In this document: positions 38,266 through 52,000 of the stretch, one piece after another
Layout of the letters: each line of letters opens with the position of its first letter
Position numbering within the stretch: position 1 is the first letter of the stretch
NCBI RefSeq assembly: GCF_038025025.1
Contig: NW_027117344.1
Span: forward strand, 992,001-1,056,000
Origin: Phyllosticta citribraziliensis
Taxonomy: Eukaryota
Direction: 5' to 3'
Length of the DNA stretch: 64,000 nucleotides
Translations under genes and position numbers: made by a program
The notes under the pieces: model-generated
The model's database searches: none
What the model was told of the DNA's origin: nothing
Seen by the model: only the letters and a program-made list of their open reading frames with translations

Positions 38266-38548
38266 ATCTAAGGCTATAGTAGCTAGTACCTTATAACTAT
38301 ATAATACTAGGTTTATCTATACTAGTCTTAGTACTTATATAGGCGCGTAAATACCTATTATAATATGCCCCCCCTAAAGAGAAGCTAAAATTATAGGAAT
38401 TAGCAGCTATAGGCACTTATATAGGCACAGACTTATAATATATAATAGTAGTAATTTAGTAATTTAAGTATTCTATATAGGTTAAAGTATAATTATTAGT
38501 CTAGCTTTATTACTACTCTATCTTTCTCTATTACTATTTTCTATTACT

Positions 38549-40036
38549 ATATAACCTGTAGAAGGTTACTATCTACCTTAACTATATCTAGAGCTCCCTA
38601 CTAAAGTATATTATTATCTAGTTAAATTTAGCCATAATCTAGTAAACTAATTATTATATAAAGGCTTAAAGGAGTTATACTCTACTAAGAGTAATAAAGA
38701 AGGTCCTATGCCTGCTGCGCCTGCTATATATTATAGTCTAGTTTATTAGGATTTACTACTATTATATAAGACTTATCTAGTTAAGTCATTATTACGCGGC
38801 ATTATTTATAATCTATTATAGTTACTACTTACTTAGAGAGCTGTCCTAGCTAGTAGTATCTATTAGGACTATTATATAGAGTCCTAAGGTAAGTAAATCT
38901 ATCTCTTTAAAGATTATTACTAATTATCTAGGTTGCTAAGTAGCTTTATATATCTAGGTTTTACTACTTTATTACCCTATCCTACTAACTAATATAATTA
39001 TAGAGGAAAATACCTAGGTTACTTATATAAATATGTAGTTAGGCTAGGCTTTACTTATTTAGCTAGGAATAGCTCTAGGCCTGTTACTTTACTAGTGCTA
39101 TCCTATAGTAGTAGGTTCTATATAATTAGTATTATTAGTTATTATATAAGGTTTATTATTATTAGCTGCCTAGCCTGCTACTAACTAGTCCACTATACTA
39201 TATTATTATTACTTTACTATTATATAGCCTATCTTAGAGGAAGAAGATAAGGAGCCTATTTATATATACTATTATTATAATCCTATAGCTTATTAGGTTC
39301 TAGTAGCTAAGTACTTAGTACCTATTAGTTTATATAATAGTAGTAATAGTAAGATCTATATTATAGTATTACTAGTTAGTTCTAATAAGGCGCCTATTAA
39401 GTAGGACTTTAAGTTAATACTTTATATTCCTTATAAGAATATAGAGAGTATTATATAAGTAAGTTTACCTTATTAATACTAGGAATTCTTAACTAACTAA
39501 CTATATAGGCTTATCTAGATAGTTCTAAAGTATAAGAGTATACTAAGTATATCTTAGCCCTAGGTAATAGTATACCTTACTTATATATTATAGTTTCTAC
39601 TTATTACTTTAACTACTTATTAGTTAAAACCTATACTAGCTTATTTAATACTTTTCTTATCTAGTATACTAGAATTAATGACCCTATTAGCTATACTAAG
39701 TATTATAATAATACTAATACTTATATATTTATTAGTTATTACTACCTATCTAGTTTCTTATAGGGCTACTATACTAACTACCTTTAGAGTATAGGTAACC
39801 TTAACTATACTATTAGTAACTTAAAGGGTATAAAGCTACCTGCCTATTATAAGAGGTATAAAGATAAAATTTATATAGGAGAGTACTTAGGCTTATATAA
39901 CTAAGCTATATCTAAGGATTAAACTAATTAGGCTTTAGTTAAGTAGGACCTCTTACCTAATAAGCTAGAGGATCTAGAAGAGACTATTTTATATAATAAT
40001 AGTTATAATAAGAAGAAAGGAAAGGGAAAGAAGTAA
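38549..40036 (+). pseudogene. RIP-mutated antisense accessory gene of A2, two introns, C-terminal DUF3716-like Cys cluster
   Basis: Introns 38889-38931 and 39459-39508 (GTAAGT...CTAAY...TAG); splicing joins the protein-like frames. Exon 3 de-RIPs to NAFLIQ..G....C..C.......F.GC...GF.QG.CANCLW......C and ends KKKGKGKK*. The start (ATA read as ATG at 38549) is inferred. Confidence 0.7.
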
Positions 40037-43000
40037 AGGGTAGAAAGTAAGAATAGGGATAGTAGGGAATAAGTAGTAAAAAGGAGAGACTAGAGAGTAG
40101 AAGTTAAGGTTAATAGTATTTATATAAAGGTAGATAGTAAACTAATTAGTCTACTTTCTATATTATTATAATATTTACTTTAGGCCTAAGTAACTTATTT
40201 TATTATTATTTTCTATTTCTATTTATAGTTCTTTTTAAAGGAAGGTAGTCTTCTATTTTTCTAGGTTTTTTAGTAGCCCTACTATAGCTAGGTATAAAGA
40301 GTAAAACTCTTTAATTTTCTATAATATACTACTAAAAGAACTTATATTATACTACTAATTATTTTAGTTATATCTAGTCTATTTAACTTAGTATTAAAGC
40401 TTTCTATATAAGACTTAGCTAGCTTAAATATAGTCTACTTCCTACTTAGACTTATCTTAAATAATTTTAGGTTCTAGTTTAGTATATTTATAACCTAGAA
40501 GCTATTCTATTTTAGCTTTATAGAGTCTATTAGTATAGAAAAGGTTAACTATCTTTATATATAAGAGAAGATTAAGGATATAGGAGGATCCTTCTATTTC
40601 TATAATCTTAAAAGGTCTAGTATTAGAGAAGTCTAATTTAAGGTTTAACTAATTAGTAGACTATCCTATTTTCTTAATATAGATATAATCCTTAACTATA
40701 AAGTCTAGTATATAATAGTATTTATTAGCTTATTAATATATATACTCTTAGGATTTAAGAATTAGGTTCTTTATAAATTTAAAAGCTTCTTATCTTCTTT
40801 TTTATAGTATTTATACTACTATATAAGCTATCTTCTCTAGTTACTAGGGGGTCTTAGTTTATTATTACTAGTTATAATATATTTAAGGGGAATATCCTAA
40901 TTTAATCTTAAAAGGTAAAAGTCTAGTAGCTTTATAAGGAAGTATTACTTATATAAGGTCTATTAAAGGTAGAAGATTAGATTAATTATTTTAGAAGTAA
41001 CTAATAAAAGGTCTTAACCTTTATATAAGGTACTAGTTAATAATCTTAGTAATACTATTAGTTTAAGAGTAATAGGATAAGTTAAAATACTATTTAATAC
41101 TAGTTAGCTTATATAGTTTATTTATAAAAGCTAAGATAAACTAAGGGCCTTAGTTAAAAAGGATAGACTTAGGATTCCTATAAATATAGTAGATATATTT
41201 ATAAAAGAGCCTAGAGACTCCTTTAGTATTAATCTTCTTTATATAAGGTAAACTAAAGGTTCTTTAACTTAATTAGTCTATAATAACTAGGATTATATTA
41301 TAGCCCTTTTAATCTTTAGGTATCTCCTTAAAATCTATAGCTAAGTATTACTAAGGTTAAATAGGTATCTCTAGGGGTTATAGAAGGCCTAGTTCTTTAT
41401 TATAGAACTCTTTTATTTAGTAGTAGATATAGTATCCTTATCTATAAATATTAATTATATAATTTATAGCTAGCTAGTAGTAATATTACTTAAGGAGTTT
41501 TTATATCTTTATAATACTAGGATAAGTAGTTATATAGGTAGTATATAAAGTATCTAGTATTCTTATATAGAGGTTATTATAATCTAGTATAAAGAGGGTA
41601 CTATATTATAATAAAAGACTATTCTTTAGTTCCTAACTATTTCTTTATTTAATATCTTCTAATAGAGCTTTTTATTTTTAGGGTTCTAATTTAGAATCCT
41701 CTCTATTTATATAGAAGAGTTTATTTAAAAATAATACTAGAGGAGGAAGGTCTTATTCTAAAATAGAAAGAGGAATAATAGTCTTTAATAGGATAAGATA
41801 TATTTCTTATATAGCCCTTATTTTTTCTTTCTAAGTCTTTAGGTCTTTTTATTTTTAAGTAAGGTAATTAATAATAATATTTTCCTTTTCTAAATAATAG
41901 GAGAATTATATATAGAACTCTATAAAGAACTTAGACTATCTAGCTTATTATTAATTAAGTTATTATTTAGTAGAGTAGTACTCTAATACTTAGTAGTCTA
42001 TAATTATAAGGAAGGGTTTTTTAAGGCTAATAAATATTAGCCTCTATTCTTCTAGTCTATTTTTAATAGCTAGTAGTTCTTTATTAGATATACTATAATA
42101 AAGTTCTATATTAGCTATTACCTTAGAGTAGAATACTACTAGTTTCTAATTATATAAAGGTTATTAGAGCTATATTAAAATACTAGTAGTAACTCTATTA
42201 CTTATATTAGTCTCTATATAAGTATTAAGAGTAGGGTTATAATTAGTAAAGAGTATATTACTATATATTAGCTTCTTAAGTTATTAAATTACCTCTTCTT
42301 CTAGAGGTCCTAGTTATTACTATTTTATCTTAGAGTATAGTTTCTCTAAGGGCTAGCTAATTTATCTATAGTTAGGGAGAAATTATTAGTAGAAATTATA
42401 GAAACCTAGGAAGGATTAAAGAGCTTTAAGGGTTTTAGGTATTAGCTAGTTTTATATAGGTTCTACTTTAGCTAGATCTATTTAAATACCTTCTATAGAT
42501 ATAATATATCTAAGGAACTTTATATAAGTAACTAAAAACTTACTCTTCTTTAGATCTATTTATAGTCCTACCTTTTATAGTCTTACTAGTACTTTCTTTA
42601 CTTATTCTTTATATTTTATAGGGTCCTTAGAGATAATAAGTATATTATTTATAAAAGCTATAATAAAATTATCTAAATACTTAAAGAGAACCTAGTTAAT
42701 AAAATATTAGAAGGCTACTAGTCTATTATTTAATTTAAAGGGTAGAGTATAGTATTTAAATAAACTATACCTTATATAGAAAGTAATTTTATCTTTAGAA
42801 TCTTTAATAAAATAAATATAGTAGAAAGCTTATTAAATATCTAGCTTTATATAAATCTTACCCTTTCTAATATACTAAAGTAACTTAGTAATAAGAGGAA
42901 GGGGGTATAAATCCTTAGTAGTTTATTTATTAAGTTATTAGTAGTCTATATAAAATCTCTATCCTTTACTAGGCTTTTTTACTACTAGAATAGGAGAAGT

Positions 43001-46000
43001 AAAGGTAGTAAAGCTTTTAATAATAAAGCCCTTTTAAATATTCTTAATAATATACTCTTTTATAGCCTTAAGCTACTCTAGAGATATTTTATAGAAAGGA
43101 CTAGGGGGAAGCTCTAGTAAAATCTTATATATAAGAGATATTTTATAATTAACTCCTATATAATAAGGTAGTAGCTTATTAGACTCTATTTTAGAGAATA
43201 TATCTTAGAAATCCTTATAAGTAGTAGGTAGCTTAGAAGCTAGTAGTTCCTTAGTTTCTTTATCTTTAATAGCTTATTAAACTTATATAAGGTTAATAGT
43301 ATAGATCTCTATTAGTATAACTTATATTTTATATATAGAAAGCTTAAAGATATCTTAAGTTTAAAATTTAATTCCCTTAATAACCTATACTAAGAGAAGA
43401 AGATATTTATTAAAGTTTTTATCTCTATAATCTATATCTACTTAGTATTCTTTCTATAGTATATTACTTTATATAGAGACTTTTAGTAGATATAAAAGAT
43501 ATTAAAAGGATTAGTTAACTAGTAGCTATCTTTAGACTAGTTTATATTATTTATAGTCTAGAAGAATATTATACTAGTTAAAAAACTATTACCTAAGAAT
43601 TATATTATTCTAGCTAATATTATAAATAAAAGTATATATAGAAACTATTTAATCCTAGAAATAAAGTTATAAATAAAAGTAGAAATTAACTTTCTTATTT
43701 ATATATTAGTTAAATCTAGTAATATTAAGCCTATTACCTATTATTTTCTTTTTTATAGTACCTATAGACTAGAGAGTTAATAGTAGCTTAGAATAGATAA
43801 AACTTATACTACTAGTATTAGTATTAGCTAGGGTATAAACTTCTAAGGTATAGCTATTAGATATAATTAAGGTTTATATAATAAAGGGTATATCTCTAAT
43901 AAAGTAACTAAGATTTATATAAGAACCCTTAATATATACTACTTTAAGTTTAGACCTAAGGTAGGAGACTTTACCTAGGCCTTATTATTTTCTAATAATA
44001 ACTATTCTTTATTATTTATATAAATATCCTTAGTACTCTCTTCTTCTATTAACTCTATTACCTTTATCTCTAGTTATAGGTATTATCTCTATAAATAGCT
44101 AAACTAGCTATAGTAATTATATAGTCTAATCTCTATATAGACTTCTACTTTACCCTTATAGGTTATATTATATAAGGAAGCCCTTAAGAAAGATTATACC
44201 TAAGTATATCTAAAAGATAAAGTACTTATACTATCTAAGGTAGTAGTCTTTACTCTTTCTTATTATCTCTTCTTAGCTTATTCCTTATATAAGGTAAGTA
44301 TTAGTTTTCTATAGTTAGAGTAGTAGTTATTAAGACTTTAAGTAATAGGATAGGCTTATTAGAGGTACTTATAAAAATTAATATTCTTATCTTACTCTAT
44401 AGTAACTATATAAGTTTAGAGGAGTAGATCTATTATATTATAAAAGTCTTCTTTCTATTATTCTTAAAGAAGATCTATATCTAAGGCTAATTATATAAAG
44501 TTTAATTAAAATTTTTAAAGGTCTATAAGAATATAATATATAAGTAAGTATAACTACTTCTTTATATCCTTATACTTATATAGACTCTAGAGGAGATTAT
44601 CTAAGAATTTAAAGATATCCTTATCTAGAGTAACTTTATTAGCCTTTATATAAGAAGTAAGAAATAGAGTTAAGTATTATAAGACTTCTCTACTAATATA
44701 AGAGATAATATATTCTATAATATTCTATTTAGTCTCCTCTACTATACCTTTAATAAAATAGTTATAGTTTTATTTAATTTTATTTTAAATAAGGAGTATT
44801 TAGTATTTATATAAGGGGTCTTCTCTATTAATAAGAAGAGGAGGATTAGAAACCTTTCTATTTTAGTATTTCTTATTTAAAGAAGAAGTAGAGGTCTTAG
44901 TAGTAGTTTCCCTTATATAGATAGAAGGAGGTCTAAGAGTCCTTTATACTCTACTAGTAGAAGGATTTTATAAGAGGGTAATAGGTCTTAGGTTCTAGCC
45001 TAATAAAGAGGGCCTAATATATCCTTTCTTTAAGGCTTCTCTTAGGCTATTAGTATAGTTTAAGAGTATTTATTTAAGAGCCTAGTTTTACCTTTTTATA
45101 TAATTTAATTACTACTATACTTAAGGCTTATTTAAGGATATAATCTTAGATTTAAATTAATTAATATTTAAGTATAGTACCTTTATAAATACCTCTATAA
45201 CTAGAGCTTATATTATATAAGTTAGTCCTAGGTCTTAAGTATATTCTCTTATCTCTACTACTATAACTATATAGAAGTTATAAAGAAGAATAGGAGGAGC
45301 TCTTCTTTTATTATTATTTAATAGAGGTCTAGGGTTATATAAATCTTTAGTTCCTCTATATAAATTTTATTAGGTAGATTAACTAGTACTAATACCTTTA
45401 GTAGTACTAGATATATTAGCTTTATTCTTAGTTATATTATCTTTATAGTCTTCTACTTAGAATATCCCTTAAGTAGGTTATAGATAGGATACCTTCTAGA
45501 TATTTATATACTACCCTATAGCCTTAACTAAAGACTTCTATAATTAATATATACTTAATACTCCTTAGTCCTTAGATAATACTAATATACCTAATAAAGA
45601 TAACTTAGGTTTACTAGGGAAAAGTAATAAGTAGTCTTATATAAGACTATAGCTATATATAATATTACTTAGGTTAAATATTATAATACCTTTATAGGTA
45701 AAGAAGTAGAATAGAGCTAAAATTTAGAATAATCTTTTATATCTATTATAACTTATAGAGTTCTTATTATATAGGTAAGGGCTAAAGGTAAACTACTAGA
45801 GAATATATATATATCTTAATTAAATATAATAAGTTAAAAGAATAAAATATAAAAGATACTTACTACCTATCTATTTCCTAGCTTTCCCTTTATACTATTC
45901 TACCTCTTATCCTTTATATAAGGGTCCTTAGTTATTATTAGGTAAGTTATAAAGGTAAGGTATTAATAGGCTATTATACTATTTCTACCTAGGGCTATAG

Positions 46001-49000
46001 TAGCTAGTAGTTACCTAAGATATAGCTAGCTTTTACCTAAGGCTATAGTAGCTAGTACCTTATAACTATATAATACCAGGTTTATCTATACTGGTCTTAG
46101 TGCTTATATAGGCGCGTGAACGCCTATTATAATAGTAGGGGCCTATAATTACTTAAGAAGGACTATCTATAGTACCCCTATTACTAGTAATTAGTACTTA
46201 AACTCCCTTATAAGGTATAGTACTAGCTATAGGTTTATTTAGACCTTTTACTAGGCTAGGTATACCTCCTATAATTATACTACTATTAGGGATAGATAGT
46301 AATAAAATAATATAGCTAAGCTAAGCTAATTAGCTAATACTAGATACTATAGAAATAACTCTCCCCTAGTCTAGTAGGTAGTTATTAATACTAATAGAAG
46401 CTAACTAATACTATATAAGAATAGCCTCTCTAATATATATAATCCTAATAAGCTAGATACTAGTACTAAAGTAAAGGCTATAGTTTAGGGGAGATAATAT
46501 ATTATTATTCCTAGAGATATATAAATACTTCTATACTATAGCTAGGAGTCTTTTAGAAGAGTTTATACTAAAGCTAGTTTAGTATTATAAAACCCTAATT
46601 AGCCTAGAAATCTATTATATTATTAAGTTCTAGACTAGAGACTAGGAAGGTCTAAAAGTCTAGATACTAGTATAATATAAGAATTAAGATACTAGTATAA
46701 TTAGTAGGAACTAGAGCTATATTAAGAACTTAGTTAAGAGATATAAGGACCTCTATTACCCCTCTAAGGTAGATAAGTTCTTTAGACTTTATAAGATACT
46801 TAGTAATAAGGTAGTAGAAGAAGGATATATTAATAAAAGCCTATAAAAGATATAGTTCCTTAATACCCTATATATAGATATATAAACTAGGTTCTTATAA
46901 AAGGGGTATTTAGCCTATAGAGCTAGGAATATTTAGTATCTCTAGTTATATATTAAGGCCTAGCTAGAATATAAATAGTATATAGTATTATACTCTATAG
47001 ACTTACTAGAGGTTATAAATATAGTTATATACTATATTAAGGGGCTAGACTATATTATAGACCCTATACTAGTAAAGAGAGGATACCTCCTAAGGTCTCC
47101 TCTACTACTTATAGTATTATCCTCTAATAGCTCTTCCTTTATAACTATAGCCTTAAATAGATAGTTAACCTCTAAGACTAGGACCCCTTTAGTAAAGAGT
47201 AATAATACTATAGTTAGAGACCTAATAGATAAGCTAGCTAAGATATATATTAAATTAATCTAGGAGGCTACTAATTATATCTATAAATAGCTAGTAGATA
47301 GTAAGAAGTATAGGTATATTATAAATAATAGGGACCTATATATAAGGGTTATCTAGTTATTATTTCCCTATAATAGCTCTATTAGGATAGGCTAGCTAGC
47401 TAGATAGTATATACTACTACTAGGATAATATACTCTATAAGTAGGTCCTAGTCTTTTACTAGTAAGGCTATTACTACCTAGGATAGCTCCTATAGGCTAA
47501 CCTTAATATAACCCTAACTCTTATAACTAGGTAGGACCTACTAGTTTAAATATAAACTAAAGTATAGGAATAGGAGAATACTAGAGTTATAATAAGATAG
47601 GCTATATAGTTAGGAGTTATCCTATTTTATTACTATTTATATATACTAGCCTTATATCTATTAGTTAAAATAGATATATCTAGGACTTTAATAGCTAGCT
47701 AATATTAACTTATAAGTAGAATAAATAGCTAGATATTAAGAAGTACTTATAATATTAGGGGTAGATAAATAATAATAATTTACTAAAAATACTACTAGTA
47801 CTAGAATAATAAGTAACTCCTTACTAGGCTAGGGGAGAGTTATTATCTTAATCTATAATAAATAAAGAACTATAAGGATATTAGCCCCTACTATAAATTA
47901 ATACTAGATATAATATACCTTTAGACTATAGCTAATATAACTAAGATTAATATAACTAGGACTAAATCTAGTATACTTAGATTAACTATACTTAGGCTAA
48001 TATAGAGGATAGCTAGCCTTATTTCTATTAGATTTACTATTATAATAAAGGGATAATATATAGTATATACTATTTTAAGGCTAAAGTACCTCCTAGAAAT
48101 ATAATTTTTATAAACCTAATAAAGATTATAAAATATATAAGGAAGCTAAAGAAGCTAGCTAGGAGAAGAGGAGCTAAAATCTTATAAGTAGTAGTTAATA
48201 AAATAGCTATTAATAAATAAGTTAGGAATATAGCTAAGTAGGTAATAATTAATAAGACTAGGAATATATCTAATAAGGATATTCTAGGTATAACCCTACT
48301 AGTAAATATACCTTAATAGCTAAGATAACTAGCTATTACTAGTCTACTAGATAGTAATATTAAAGAACCTACTATCTCTAGTAAAGAGCCTACTTAGGAG
48401 CCTAATATAGATAAACCTTAGAGGTAATAGTAGAAGATACTAATAAGGATATATCTAATATTAAAGAAATCCTATAAAATAAGTAAAGTATTATACTTAA
48501 GGGATTAGAGAGTAATAAGCTAGAGCTACTTAGTAAAGGGGCCCCTCCTAAGTAGTACTAGGTTAAAACTATTATATTTAGAGACCTATTCTATTATAAA
48601 TAGTATAAACTAGGCCTAAATAGCTAGAGATATAGAGATATCTTTAGTAAGGAGATTATTAGATATATAAAAGGAATCCTTAGCCTATATAATAATATAT
48701 AGAAGTTATTTTATACTCCTATTAGTACTAAGATTATAGAAGAGGTCTAAGAAATACTTTATAATAACCTATAGGTATTAAATAAATACCTATATATAAT
48801 AGAAGACCTATAGAAGCTAATATATACTATATATATAGAACTAGTTAATAATATTAAAGGGTACTAGTTTAACTCCTCTAATAAGCCTATAGAATTTAAC
48901 TTCTCCTAGTATTACCTATTTAAGTAAGAGGATTATTTCCTAGATAGGATCTTTATATATTTAAATATACTAACTAATATATTAGTTACTAAGGGTAAAA

Positions 49001-52000
49001 CTATCTCTAGAGTTTTTAACTATATATATATAAGCCTAGCTTATACTATAAAGTATATACCTATTTAGAGCTTTATTTTATATAGGCCTAATAGTAAGCC
49101 TCTTTAGGATAGTAAGCCTATAGACCTATTAATATATAAGATATACTTTAGTATTAAAATACTAGAAGGTTAGGAGGATTCTATAACTACTAGAGGAGAC
49201 TATAAGCTAAAGCTAATAACCTATAAAGAGGTTATAATACTAGCTAAATAATAGGGCCTTATTATCTACTAGGTCTTATTACCCTTTATCCTAGTATCCT
49301 TTAGTAGCTATATAGTATAAGTACTAGTAGATATAGGAGTAAATATAAATAGTATTTCTAAGGCCCTTATAGCTAAACTTAGTATCCTAGTATAGGATAT
49401 ACTACCTAATAGTTTTAATATAACTATAGGATTTATAAATAGTTTAAAGTATAAAATTAAATAATAGATCCTAAGTTTAGCTATTTAAATAGGAGATTAG
49501 TCCTAAAGTACTTATTTCCTAGTATATAACTAAACTACTATCCCTATTATATTAGGAATACCCTAGATTATCATAGTAGGTAGTAAATTTAAAACTATAC
49601 CTATTAGAATAGTTAAGCTAAGGTTTACCTACCCTATTAACCCTTACTACTATATAGAAATTATTACCTACTAGGCATTCCTATTTATTAAAGGTATTAA
49701 AGATACTATATACTATATTAGTCCTATTAGAATCTAAAGTAGTAATAGTATATAAGTAGCTAGGCTAGGAAACTAGCTAGTATAATAATTTAGGGGCTAA
49801 TTAGTATATAATTACTATACTAACTAGTAGGAGGCCTATTTAATTAAAATAAATAAAATACTAAAAATACTAATTTAGTATTAGATAATATATTTTTAAC
49901 TATATATATAATAGGAGAATAGAGTATTATTTATTATAGGGTATCTTAGTATAGTATATTCCCTAATTATCTTAATTCTACTAGATAATAAAACCTATAC
50001 TAGTATATAGTATATAAATAAAAAGGTATAAAAATAGAGCCTATAGATAATTTAATACTATAGAAGGAGTTATTAATTATAATTAAGTAATAGAAAATAG
50101 AAGAAACTATAATTATTAAGTAGACTACTATACTAGTAAGGGATCTCTAGGGCTAGGGATAATTTACCTACTTATTTTATTTAAGAATTACTATCTTTTA
50201 ACTAGGTATATACCTTATATAGGAAAGGCTAGCTAGCCTTATTACTAGAGATAACCTCTAGCTAAGAGAGTAAGAACTAATACTAGAAATACTATATAAT
50301 AAAGAGGGTATAATCTTATTTAACCTTTTAGAAATAGGATAAGTTAAGCTAATAGTAATATATAGGTTCTCTATTAGGATAATACTATATAAGGCCTAGA
50401 GAATTAGAGTATTATATATTTTATAAGCTAAAATATAGTATATATTTAACTTACTTACTACCTAGTAAGATATAGGGATTAGTAAATACTACTCTAGTTA
50501 ATATTATAATCCCTAGATAGTCTTACCTAAGAAGAATAGTATATATAGGTAGATTAATAACTTATAAATACTAAATAATATTACTATTTAAGATGCTAGT
50601 ATACTAGGACTAATAGATAACTATATAGAGTACTAGGGAGGCCTTATAATATATACCCTTATAGACCTATACTCTAGTTTTAATTAGTTTATAGTTACTA
50701 AAAAGTATTAGGATCTTACTAGATTTATTACTCCTTAGGGATACTAGTATAACTATATATATTTCTAAGGTATAACTAATTTTCTAGGATAAGTAGTTTA
50801 TAGCCTAAGATATATACTAGATAACTAATAAGATAAGGCTAACCTTTTTATAGATAATATTATAGGAGGCTAATAAAGGAGCTAATATAATAATATAGAA
50901 AGTATAGTAGTAGGAGTTAGGTAATTTATACTTAAGTATATCTAAGATATTAATAATATACTATAGAACCTAGAACTAGCTAGACTTATAATCTTAGGAG
51001 AGAAGTCCTTCTTTAGTATACTAGAAGTAGAAGTTATTAGGTTTAGATATAGAGAATTTAGATACCTACCTACTAAGTCTAAAGTAGATAAAATTAATAA
51101 CTAGGATATTTTTTAAGACCTTAAATTATTAAGGGGCTTCTTAGGAGTAACTACCTATTTTTACTACTAGGTTAAGGAGTACTTATATAAGGTAGTACTA
51201 CTATATACTTTAATAAGGAAGAATATACTATTTACTTAGGAAAATAAGTATAATAAGGCTATAGCTAAAATTAAGGAAGCTATTATAATAGTACCTACCT
51301 TAGTATCTATTATATATAGAGAGGAATCTACTAGAGATATTATTATAGCTATAGATAGTAGTAGTATAGGATAGGGAGTAGTTTTAATATAAGAGAAGGA
51401 TAGTACTAGGTATCTAGTAAGGTATAAGAGTAGTATTTAATCTAGAATAGAATTATTTTATAACTCTAGGAAGCTAGAATACTAAGTACTAGTATATATA
51501 ATTACTAGATTTAAACTATAGCTATTTAGATAGTACTTCCTTATTAAAATAGACTATTATATCCTATAAGATTACCTAAATAGTAGGACTAAATCTATAA
51601 TAGGTAGAGTCCTTAAGTAGTAGCTTAGCTAGCTATCTATATAGGATTTTAAGATATTATATATTACTAGGATAAAGAATAGGGTAGTAGATATACTATT
51701 AAAAAGGCTAAATTTTAAGGAGTTAAATAAGGAAGACCTATAGAAATAGATAGAGAAGATAGAAGATAAGATTAATAAATTATTATTATCCCTATAACTA
51801 AATATATATATAGTTAATTCTATAGACCTCTTACTAGCTATCTACTAGACTAGGGGAGAGTTAATATTAGCTAATTAAATACTAGTACTAGGCCCCTCTA
51901 GCCTACTAGGAGAGGTTATTCTATATAGAGTACTATATAAGGAGTACTCCTAAGAATTTAAGGACCTAGCTAAATTTATTATCTATAGCCTACTCCTACC

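Larger units (their letters stand above)
37887..46134 (-). mobile_element. Complete Ty3/Gypsy chromovirus A2 (8248 bp), RIP-inactivated, inserted in the B leader
   Basis: LTRs 37887-38365 and 45744-46134; TSD GTAGG at 37882-37886 and 46135-46139; PPT (C7) at 38368-38374. De-RIP on minus: CCHC knuckle 44080-44121, protease ADTGASG ~43820, RT LPFGLNNGPAAFQ...AF(M/V)DDIL ~42640-42750, RNase H ETDASD ~42200, integrase AMDFKE ~41330, chromodomain EWEVDRI...LQYQVKWTGYD ~40370-40450. Confidence 0.93.
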
